Of a stretch of DNA of 64,000 nt, positions 8,991 to 17,958 are shown piece by piece. Numbering within the stretch: position 1 is the first letter of the stretch; each line of letters opens with the position of its first letter. The DNA lies in IMG/VR virus record IMGVR_UViG_3300017761_005636, positions 1 to 64,000 of that record; one strand, written 5' to 3'. The DNA is from a virus. Lineage: Duplodnaviria > Caudoviricetes. The notes below the pieces were generated by a model. That model was not told the DNA's origin. It ran no database searches and saw only the letters and a program-made list of their open reading frames with translations. The position numbers and the translations under genes are program-made.

Positions 8991-9658
8991 TAAATTATTC
9001 CCGAACCAATTAAAAATTTAATAACATCATTGTTGTTTGTTGATTTTAAAAAATAATAAAGATTATCATCATTCCAAGTAGGTGAAGCAGGGTCATTATT
9101 TTGTCTTTCTTGATTGGTTATGTTGAATTTTACTGGACCATTTCCTGAAGTAATATTACTTTTTCTTTCATAATTATTGGGGCTTTTTAACATACTTTTA
9201 TCATATGCAAAACCATTATCAGGATTACCATAAAAATTAACAATATCGGTTTTATCTAATTTTATAAATTTTGTTTGAATATAATCACCATTAGCAAACC
9301 ATTTACTATTCCTTTGTTTACCACCCAAAAGGTCATTATTATCTTTTAATCTATTTGGTGTCATAATATGTGAACATACATATTTATCATTTAAAGCAGT
9401 TGCCCATGAATTATTATAATCTGTAGCATATTTCGTTGCAATTATTTCTGTTGCTGCTATTGCAAGACCAACAGGATTTAAAACCAATGGTGCATATCTA
9501 TAAAATTGCACAACTCCTTTAAAAACAGGATTTTTTAAAAGTTTTCCAACTGCTGTATCTGCAAATGGTTTTGAAGTATTATACATAAAGTTTATAAAAT
9601 AAACACTCATGTTTAACCATTGATTTTTTATTGCGTATGCGTATGTGTGGTCTGCCAT
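8990..9658 (-). CDS. hypothetical protein
   Basis: 222-aa ORF, stop overlaps the next start. Confidence 0.6.
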   Translation of the reverse strand: MADHTYAYAIKNQWLNMSVYFINFMYNTSKPFADTAVGKLLKNPVFKGVVQFYRYAPLVLNPVGLAIAATEIIATKYATDYNNSWATALNDKYVCSHIMTPNRLKDNNDLLGGKQRNSKWFANGDYIQTKFIKLDKTDIVNFYGNPDNGFAYDKSMLKSPNNYERKSNITSGNGPVKFNITNQERQNNDPASPTWNDDNLYYFLKSTNNNDVIKFLIGSGII

Positions 9659-9674
9659 AATTTATTATATATTA

Positions 9675-12600
9675 CTAAACTGTAAGAAAATTATTGTTTG
9701 TTGAAGAACCATAATAAGTTTGAAAAGTTCCACTATAAAATGTAGTACTATCTGAAACTCTTTCAGTATTTGCATTAATTCTTGTTTCAATATTCCAATT
9801 TGTTATTGTTGGGTCTGAAGAACCTGCTGGTACATTTTGATGCCATTCTTTGAAATAATAAAGATTAAATAAATCTATTCTAAAAATAAAAAGTATTTTA
9901 TTATTATTGTATAAAGTACCAAAACTTACAATACCGTTATTATTATCTTTATTAACAACCAAATATTCACCATTTACATCTTCATTACCATTAATATCTA
10001 AAAGATTACCAACATATGTATTAAAATAAGTTTTTTGTGAAGGGTCTGAAATTTTTATTCTAAAACTCCAATCTTTATCATTAAAAATATTACCAATACT
10101 ATCAACAACAAAATTCTTATCTAATTCAATTGCTAATGTTAATTGATATGTATCTTTATTATTATCTATCATATCATAAATGTTTATACCTAACTTTTCT
10201 TTTGATGGTATTATGTCACTTACAGGTGGGGTTGAATCTGATTGATAAAATTTAATAGCTAATGGTGTATTTACAGGACCATGATATGTTGGTGACATTG
10301 TTGTATTATAGATACTAGAAAATGTTGATATATATTCTGTGGTTGGGTCTGACGCTTTTCCTGCAATAAAAGTCCAGTTTGTTATTTCACTATTGTTTGT
10401 AAATGAAAACCAATTTTTAAAATTAATTGGGTCAAATCTTACTTGAAAATATTTAACTTTATATGGCGCACTTCCTCCTATTTCATAATTACGATATGGT
10501 GCTAAATTTTGAATTGATACTAAACAATCATTATTTGGCCCTAATAATTCATCATCTAAAAAACGATTTTGAAACTCAGATAATTGTGTCGGATTTGGTT
10601 TTATTTGGAAATCCCATAAATCATTTGTGCTTGAAACATAAGTGCTATTTAATAAAATTGTTATAAAAAGATTAACATAATCATTTGGATATGTCACGTT
10701 ATAATTATAAATATTTAAACCCTTTATAGCAAAATTAGCATTTTCCCAATTAGCCGAATTTTCATTTATCCTATAAAATCCAACAAAACTTGGTTTATTA
10801 GTTGGTTCTGGTCCTGGAGGTTCTACATCAGTTAAAAAGTCACCATTGTCAATATTATTTATATTACCATCAATACCTAAATAAGTTAAATGATTATAAA
10901 ATGATGTATATTCAAGGTCTGAATTATTATTTCTATTATATGTTGATGGTGAATATGTGTCATCAGGAGTATTAAAAGCACCTGTAAATAATATATTAGT
11001 TTGTTCATCCCAACCAATTGTTTTAGGTTCTAACATATCATCATCACCACTTTCTTGATTTTGGTCAAAAGTAGCTTTTCTAACTTCATTATATTGTGCT
11101 ACACTATATATCTCACCAAAATCAAAAGTAAAGTGTTTCCATATCCAAGTAATTGGATTTATGTTATAATCAAAATATTGTGGTATTTTTAGTTTAATTC
11201 TAGCAGTTCTATCTCTTGTAGGTGGGTTATCGGGTTCTTCTTTATGTGAAAGAAGAAAATAACCTCTAAATTGTGTAAATATACCAATATCTGAATTGGG
11301 GTCAACTTCTATTAAATCACCCTCTTCATTAGTAATAACTTTTTTTCTATTTGGTGGCAATAATACAACAAAATTACCATCATTAATATATTTTATATAT
11401 TTATTGCTTTGTAATAATTCAATATCACTATCACTATCATATTGTGTTGATATTGTAGTGTTATCGGGTGATAAATTATTTAAAGTATCACAAATTGCAT
11501 CAGGTACTGTATTTTTTATTGACATTACTTTAATATCAATATCACCTCTTTTGTGTTTATCTAAAAATAAAGTATCAGTTATTTCTCCACCTAATAAAGT
11601 TATTGCTTTATCTCTTGTACAAGCATCAGCTAATTTCAATCTTAAATCAAAAGGTTCAGAATTAACTTTACCACCTCTTAAAGTACAGTATCTTTTTTGA
11701 AAGAAAAGAAAATTAAAAAATGGTATTATATATTTTACTCTTAGACCAAGACAAATTTTAAAACTATTACAATCTGCTCTTTGATAAGGTGTATTTTTAT
11801 TTATATTAACAATGTCATTATCTGAACCAAAACCAATAATTTGTAAACATATTCTTATACTAATTGAATAATAAATTGATATCCAATTATTTGTATTATC
11901 TGGGGTACAATTACCAATTAAATCAACACAAAGACTTCTTAAACCAATTAATGCTCTAAAAACAATTCTATCTCCCCACCAAGCAGAGTTGTTTTGTGTA
12001 AAGTAATTACCGATAACTGTACTAAATGGTCTTATCTTTTTTGTGATATTAAAATCAATTCTATTAATACCAACACTTGTATTTTCTTGATTTTGTGACC
12101 ATAATGGATTTACATATATTGGTAAATTTTGTATATCAATATTTGGTAATCTTTCTAATGGAATATCTTCATTGATTAATGTACCTGTTTCATTAAAATA
12201 ATTTTCAGAATAACCATCTAATTTTAATAATGCTGCTGTGGTTGAAAACTTACCAATATCGGTAATATCACAACACATAGTAACAACATAATTTCTATTT
12301 GATGGTACTGTTAAAATATAATCACCGCTTTCATTTGTAACAGTTGTATATCTTAAATATTTATCATAGACATATGCTACAGTTTCATTAACTAATATTT
12401 CTTCTTTTTCGGGGAATGTACCCACAGGTGTTATTGGTGTTGCACCAATACCAAATTCATTATCAGGAAACCCATTAACATTTCTATTTTTAGCATATTT
12501 TGGTAAAAGATTATATACTTTACCTGAACTATCTTTATCATATACTGTTTGATAGGGATATAACGCTAATGCTTCGATTTTTTTAATATCATCTAAACTT

Positions 12601-12878
12601 GTCGGAATTATTTCTTCGTTTTCATCAATTGGGACGAATACTGAAATACGACAGTTTGGTATACCAATACCTGTACCTAAAACTCTACCGACAATAACAC
12701 CATAATCTGCATCAAATAATCTATAGATATCTTTTTGAAATATCTTTAATGATAGGATATCTAGAGATTCATAGGTTTGGTCAAGTTTCACATTAATGAA
12801 CTTATCACCTATGTTTGTTTTTACTCTAATGGATTTGTGATTCTTATTGTTACTTCTTAGAAAGTTAAAAAAATTCAT
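9675..12878 (-). CDS. large virion structural protein (probable baseplate/tail), N-terminal carboxypeptidase-regulatory-like Ig fold
   Basis: 1067 aa; YGVIVGRV.G.GIPNCRISVF and TVTNESGDYIL are prealbumin-like motifs; under a late motif. Confidence 0.55.
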   Translation of the reverse strand: MNFFNFLRSNNKNHKSIRVKTNIGDKFINVKLDQTYESLDILSLKIFQKDIYRLFDADYGVIVGRVLGTGIGIPNCRISVFVPIDENEEIIPTSLDDIKKIEALALYPYQTVYDKDSSGKVYNLLPKYAKNRNVNGFPDNEFGIGATPITPVGTFPEKEEILVNETVAYVYDKYLRYTTVTNESGDYILTVPSNRNYVVTMCCDITDIGKFSTTAALLKLDGYSENYFNETGTLINEDIPLERLPNIDIQNLPIYVNPLWSQNQENTSVGINRIDFNITKKIRPFSTVIGNYFTQNNSAWWGDRIVFRALIGLRSLCVDLIGNCTPDNTNNWISIYYSISIRICLQIIGFGSDNDIVNINKNTPYQRADCNSFKICLGLRVKYIIPFFNFLFFQKRYCTLRGGKVNSEPFDLRLKLADACTRDKAITLLGGEITDTLFLDKHKRGDIDIKVMSIKNTVPDAICDTLNNLSPDNTTISTQYDSDSDIELLQSNKYIKYINDGNFVVLLPPNRKKVITNEEGDLIEVDPNSDIGIFTQFRGYFLLSHKEEPDNPPTRDRTARIKLKIPQYFDYNINPITWIWKHFTFDFGEIYSVAQYNEVRKATFDQNQESGDDDMLEPKTIGWDEQTNILFTGAFNTPDDTYSPSTYNRNNNSDLEYTSFYNHLTYLGIDGNINNIDNGDFLTDVEPPGPEPTNKPSFVGFYRINENSANWENANFAIKGLNIYNYNVTYPNDYVNLFITILLNSTYVSSTNDLWDFQIKPNPTQLSEFQNRFLDDELLGPNNDCLVSIQNLAPYRNYEIGGSAPYKVKYFQVRFDPINFKNWFSFTNNSEITNWTFIAGKASDPTTEYISTFSSIYNTTMSPTYHGPVNTPLAIKFYQSDSTPPVSDIIPSKEKLGINIYDMIDNNKDTYQLTLAIELDKNFVVDSIGNIFNDKDWSFRIKISDPSQKTYFNTYVGNLLDINGNEDVNGEYLVVNKDNNNGIVSFGTLYNNNKILFIFRIDLFNLYYFKEWHQNVPAGSSDPTITNWNIETRINANTERVSDSTTFYSGTFQTYYGSSTNNNFLTV

Positions 12879-12889
12879 GATAGTTTCTA

Positions 12890-12912
12890 ATAAATAGTTC
12901 TTAACTATTTAT
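12890..12912. promoter_or_regulatory. back-to-back divergent late promoter pair (ATAAATAGTT-ctt-AACTATTTAT)
   Basis: Perfect 10-bp inverted repeat between divergent starts 12878(-) and 12928(+). Confidence 0.7.
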
Positions 12913-12927
12913 ATAAAATCATTATAA

Positions 12928-15900
12928 GTGGCAAAAAAGTTTAAATATATTGGTAGTAAAGCTGTTAACAAAGATTCTTTACCATCATTTTCAGTTTTTA
13001 ATGATACCTTTCAAACCACTATTTTTAATGGTGGGATTAAGCTATCAACCAAATTTGCAACTAACCAACAGATTAGTAGGGAGAAGCGTATTATTATAAC
13101 ACAAAAAGATGTTACACTTAATGATTTAAAAATTAATAACATAGCCGAACTTAATAATTTTATTAAGATTACAAATAAACTAAAATTAAATCTTGATACT
13201 GTTAATTTATCAAACTATGCGGTTTATGGGTCACTAAAAGAGAAATTTAGAGTTGCGGTAAATAATATTATTAATAAATTTCCTGGTGGTTTAGCAGTTA
13301 AGACTTATTTGAGTGGTGTATCATATTTTAATATATTAGATTACACATATGATTCAGCAAATAATATTTCAACATTTAGAAGTCCAATAACTATAATTGA
13401 TAATCCATTCTTTTTAAATTTATATTCTAATTCCAATTTATCATCATCAATAATTAATAATGTTACAACAAGATATCTTGATTATGTATTATTATATAAT
13501 AACATTGATTATGGTATAAATGGTTTTACGGGTTTTAGTAATTCAAATTCTTCTTATTTATATTTTAGTATAAATGGTAACCCTTTTGGTGCATTTTCAG
13601 CAAATTCAATTAGTGATGAATTTGTTATTAAACCAAATGATATTGAATTTAATAAATTCTACAATTCATTAAATGAACTTGAGAGATATTTTTTAAATAA
13701 AAATGCAAATCCAAAATATAGTTTTGATTTTAAGATACCTGAAATTGATGAAGATGATGATTTAACTTTTATTAATTATACTTTTCAATTTCCTGTAAAA
13801 GGTGATGGTTATAATTTAGATACTGATTCATTAAATTATGTTGATTTATTAGAAAAATTATTTTCAATTGGTGATTTGTATGATGAATACAAATCAAATT
13901 TAATTATAAGAAAATTTATTCCAAAAACTTTAATAGATTTTGATGGTACTGATTCTTTTAAATCAGAATCAATGTTTAAAATTTATGGTAAAGAAATTGA
14001 CGAAATTAAATTATTCATTGATTCATTAATGAGTATCAATACTGTTACTTATGACAAAATTAATAATATTCCTGATACTTTAATTAAAAATCTTGCAAGA
14101 ACTTTAGGGTGGAAGGCTCAGAATATTATTAATGATAAGGATTTATTATCTTCAGTTTTTGCCAATGATAGAAGTGGTGATACGGATATATCTGCTTCAC
14201 TTGCTGAAGTTGATATTGAACTTTGGAGAAGACTTACAATTAATACTGCTTGGTTTTTAAAATCAAAAGGTACAAGAAAGGCTATTGAAACTATATTTAC
14301 TTTTATTGGCGCACCCGATTGTTTAATCTCTTTTGATGAACATGTTTATGTGGTTGATAGTCCAATTAGTGCTAGATATGCATTATCAAATTTAATCGGT
14401 CCTGAAGATAATACTTTAGCTATACCACCATATGATGAAAATGGTTTTCCTATTGCACCTAGTGTAAAATCTAGTCAATATTTTCAAGTAAGTGGAAATA
14501 CCGATTCAGGTCAAGAATATATCAACATATATAGAAGACTAGGTTATAATGTTACAAAAACTGTTGATAATAAAAAAGCATGGGTTTATTATGAAAGTGC
14601 AAATACACATTCGTCAAGCGGTAGAAATACAAACTACAATATTAATGATTCAAGATTAATTATTAACACCAAAGAAGTTACTATAAATATTGATGCAGCT
14701 AGAGCAATTGAATGTGATGTTTATAATTTTAATCAAGATTATAATTATCCTGTTTCAAGTACAGGTAGAACTTCTCCATATCCACAAAGAAGTTCAAATA
14801 TATTTGGTACAACACAATTAACATTTGCTGAATATGTACAAGAAATATATTCTAAATTTATTAATGCACAGAATAGAAAAGTTACTGAATCGGCAATTGG
14901 TTCTCACTATCCTTCATTAACAAAACTTTATTATGATTATTATTCAAATAATAATTCAAATAAAAGAAATTTTGCTGATTTAAATAAATATATTGATAAT
15001 TTAGATAATATTTTCGATACTTTTGTTAAACAATTTATTCCTGCTACGACCATATTCAATGATAGTGCATTTAATATAAGAAATAGTGTTTTTACACCTC
15101 AAAAATATGCATATAAACATGGTATTGATGATGGTTCTGAGTTTGAAGTTGAAATACAATTGCCAATTGAAACTGATGTATCTTTAGTTAGTATTGAGTC
15201 TGAATTTTTTGATACATTTGATAATGATATACCAATAGCAACAATAGAGAGTAGTGTAAGTGTTAGTGATAATGGTAATATTGATACTGATTTTTTTGCA
15301 AATGTTGAACAAAATGTAAATTTATCACCATTATGGAATTCAAAGGTTTGTGAAAACGAAAAATCTTCTTTTGCTTTAACAGGTGCAACAAAAATTGAAT
15401 TGTCTAGTTTAACTCAAACATCAATATTTAATAAAACAACTGAAACAGGACATACTTTAACATTTAACTTTACATCTGCTACTTCAACATTGTCAGCAAA
15501 TACTACTTTATTCTATTATTCAATTCACAAATATGATAGAGATATTGGTGGATTTAGTGAAACATCTGTTTATACTGCTAAGACATTAGGTTATACAGCA
15601 TTTACGGGTTCTAGTATATTAACAAATGTAATAAGTGGTTCATATTTATCTTGTGATTCAGAATATATAATTAAACCATATTTTGAATATACAACTTGTC
15701 TTGATACAGGTACAACAATTACAATTATACCATCATCAAGTACAGTATATGAATATTTTATTATTTCAGGTTATCCATATCAATCATTTACAAGAACCAC
15801 ATATGAGTTTATTGAACCTAGTACAATAACTTCATCAATACCAATTAATGTTATTTCAAGTGAAAATAAATTATATTCAGAAAGTAACTTATTTTTTAAT

Positions 15901-16920
15901 TATAATACATTAACTGCAAATACAGGTTCAAATATTACAACATTAATTAATAAAACTGCTTATACACCATCATTTAATTATTACAATAAATTAGATGATT
16001 ATTATTTTGTTTCACTTTGTGAACCTGAAAAACCTGTTTTATCTTTTCCGTCAACAAGACCTGACGACCAAAGTTCATTATTTGTAGAAACAATACCTGT
16101 TACTAATGATGTTTTTTCATCATTTACAATAACATATGAACCAATTGGTGAAGTTTTAGTTTCTGTAAATGGATTAACATTACAAAAAAATTTAGAATAT
16201 AGTAATGATGCTAGTATTACAATTACAAGCATAAGAAACAGGTCTTTTACGTTATCACAATCTTTAATAAAAAATCAGAGTGATGTTTTAACTGTTGCTT
16301 ACTATAGAAATGTTGCTAATACGCAACAATTGGTTAAAGAAGATTTATTATATACAGGTTCAAGTCAAATAGTTAGTGCAAGTACGGGTTTTTATGAAAT
16401 AACTTTATCAAAGAATAGAATTAATAATAGTGATATTGCGGTTTTTGCAAATGGTAGCTTATTAATGAAAAATACTGATTATCAAGTATCATCATATGAT
16501 GATAATAAAGTAATATTATTATTTCAACCACCAACTAATCCTATTACAATATCTGTTTCGTATTTATCAAATTTTTTATTTGATTCCTCTACACTAATTG
16601 AAGCAACAGGTCCAAATTATACTGTTAATTGGTCATTGAATAATATAATATCTAATAATCAAATTGGTAAATTTGTTCATCAATTTTATGATTTAGCAAA
16701 TACAGGATTGACAGGAACGACTCTTTATTCAGCAGAAACAGCATATGCTTATAATACAACACAATTCTCAAATACATTTGGATGGCAAAGTGTATCATTA
16801 ACACCAGGAACAACGTATTATTATAGAATTTCATCTGAAAAATATTTTACAACAATAAATAATATTAATTTAAGTTCAGTAACTTATAGTGAAACATATA
16901 GACTAAAAATACCATTATAA
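12928..16920 (+). CDS. baseplate wedge protein (T4 gp7 / P2 gpI-like domain) with C-terminal fibre-like repeats
   Basis: LWRRL..NTAWFLKSKGTRKAIE.IF.FIG motif; repeated V.VNG..L....Y units near the C-terminus; GTG start. Confidence 0.6.
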   Translation: MAKKFKYIGSKAVNKDSLPSFSVFNDTFQTTIFNGGIKLSTKFATNQQISREKRIIITQKDVTLNDLKINNIAELNNFIKITNKLKLNLDTVNLSNYAVYGSLKEKFRVAVNNIINKFPGGLAVKTYLSGVSYFNILDYTYDSANNISTFRSPITIIDNPFFLNLYSNSNLSSSIINNVTTRYLDYVLLYNNIDYGINGFTGFSNSNSSYLYFSINGNPFGAFSANSISDEFVIKPNDIEFNKFYNSLNELERYFLNKNANPKYSFDFKIPEIDEDDDLTFINYTFQFPVKGDGYNLDTDSLNYVDLLEKLFSIGDLYDEYKSNLIIRKFIPKTLIDFDGTDSFKSESMFKIYGKEIDEIKLFIDSLMSINTVTYDKINNIPDTLIKNLARTLGWKAQNIINDKDLLSSVFANDRSGDTDISASLAEVDIELWRRLTINTAWFLKSKGTRKAIETIFTFIGAPDCLISFDEHVYVVDSPISARYALSNLIGPEDNTLAIPPYDENGFPIAPSVKSSQYFQVSGNTDSGQEYINIYRRLGYNVTKTVDNKKAWVYYESANTHSSSGRNTNYNINDSRLIINTKEVTINIDAARAIECDVYNFNQDYNYPVSSTGRTSPYPQRSSNIFGTTQLTFAEYVQEIYSKFINAQNRKVTESAIGSHYPSLTKLYYDYYSNNNSNKRNFADLNKYIDNLDNIFDTFVKQFIPATTIFNDSAFNIRNSVFTPQKYAYKHGIDDGSEFEVEIQLPIETDVSLVSIESEFFDTFDNDIPIATIESSVSVSDNGNIDTDFFANVEQNVNLSPLWNSKVCENEKSSFALTGATKIELSSLTQTSIFNKTTETGHTLTFNFTSATSTLSANTTLFYYSIHKYDRDIGGFSETSVYTAKTLGYTAFTGSSILTNVISGSYLSCDSEYIIKPYFEYTTCLDTGTTITIIPSSSTVYEYFIISGYPYQSFTRTTYEFIEPSTITSSIPINVISSENKLYSESNLFFNYNTLTANTGSNITTLINKTAYTPSFNYYNKLDDYYFVSLCEPEKPVLSFPSTRPDDQSSLFVETIPVTNDVFSSFTITYEPIGEVLVSVNGLTLQKNLEYSNDASITITSIRNRSFTLSQSLIKNQSDVLTVAYYRNVANTQQLVKEDLLYTGSSQIVSASTGFYEITLSKNRINNSDIAVFANGSLLMKNTDYQVSSYDDNKVILLFQPPTNPITISVSYLSNFLFDSSTLIEATGPNYTVNWSLNNIISNNQIGKFVHQFYDLANTGLTGTTLYSAETAYAYNTTQFSNTFGWQSVSLTPGTTYYYRISSEKYFTTINNINLSSVTYSETYRLKIPL

Positions 16921-16921
16921 T

Positions 16922-17914
16922 ATGTCAGAATTAACTTACGGAAGAGAATATATTAAAACATCATTAAATAATAATAAACCATTAGCAATTAATAAAAATG
17001 TTGTTATTGCAAAGGTACTTGATACTGATGACCCTAAAAATGGAGGAAGAATAAAAGTTTTTATTGATGGTATTGACCAAGTAACAACACCTGTAACTTC
17101 ATTACCATATGCATATCCATTAATGTCAAGAGTATTACATGTAATGCCAAAAGTTGGTGAGGCAGTATTAATATTGATGGCAGATATAAAAGTTGATAAG
17201 CAAGACCAATTAACAGGTAATAGATTTTGGATTGGTCCATTACTTACCAATTATGAATTTATTAATTATGATAATACAGATGTAACTGCATTACTTACCA
17301 CAAAAAATACATATGCAATAAATAAAAATATTACTTCTGACCCTTTACAAGGTTCTAAATCACAAAATAGAAAGTCTGATGAATTAGATATTTTTCCTGT
17401 TGATACTAACACACCACCTCAAAGAGAATCTAATTTAGATGATGTGACAATAGTTGGTAGAAATAATACGGATATTACTCAATCTGAAAATAAAATTACA
17501 TTAAGAGCAGGTAAACATAAAAAAGATAAACCAACAAACTTTAATAATATTAATCCTGCATATTCTATTTTAGAATTTATTCGTGAAAATGAAAACGAAA
17601 ATGAAAAAAACTCATATTCATTAACTGTTGGTGATGAAATATTTCTAATAAGTCATAAAGGTAAATATAGTTTTAAAAAAGTATTAACAAAAGATGATAT
17701 TGATTCAATGAGACAAAATTCTCAATCAATGCTTTATGGTGAATTAACCGTTACTTATTTAAAAACATTAACAGAAGTATTTTTAAATCATATACATACA
17801 CATCCACAAGAAACACCAACATATAAGGATGGTAAAAGAGGTAGGATAGATGAATTAAGAGAGCAATTGAAAAACATTGAAAATTTATTAGCTAAAAACG
17901 TCAAAATTAACTAA
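16922..17914 (+). CDS. baseplate spike protein (gp5/gpV-like OB-fold, no lysozyme domain)
   Basis: AKVLDTDDPKNGGRIKV...PL...LHVMPKVGEAV...FWIG; C-terminal HIHTH. Confidence 0.75.
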   Translation: MSELTYGREYIKTSLNNNKPLAINKNVVIAKVLDTDDPKNGGRIKVFIDGIDQVTTPVTSLPYAYPLMSRVLHVMPKVGEAVLILMADIKVDKQDQLTGNRFWIGPLLTNYEFINYDNTDVTALLTTKNTYAINKNITSDPLQGSKSQNRKSDELDIFPVDTNTPPQRESNLDDVTIVGRNNTDITQSENKITLRAGKHKKDKPTNFNNINPAYSILEFIRENENENEKNSYSLTVGDEIFLISHKGKYSFKKVLTKDDIDSMRQNSQSMLYGELTVTYLKTLTEVFLNHIHTHPQETPTYKDGKRGRIDELREQLKNIENLLAKNVKIN

Positions 17915-17929
17915 GTTTTGGTTTTCTAA

Positions 17930-17937
17930 ACTATTTA
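17930..17937 (+). promoter_or_regulatory. putative late promoter ACTATTTA upstream of the sheath gene
   Basis: 21 nt before ATG 17959. Confidence 0.65.
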
Positions 17938-17958
17938 TAATAAATCATATTATAAAAC

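Noticed and set aside
9672-9677. TAG read-through joining ORFs 9675-12878 and 8990-9658
   Set aside because: TAG is followed immediately by an in-frame TAA, and the downstream ORF is in a different frame.
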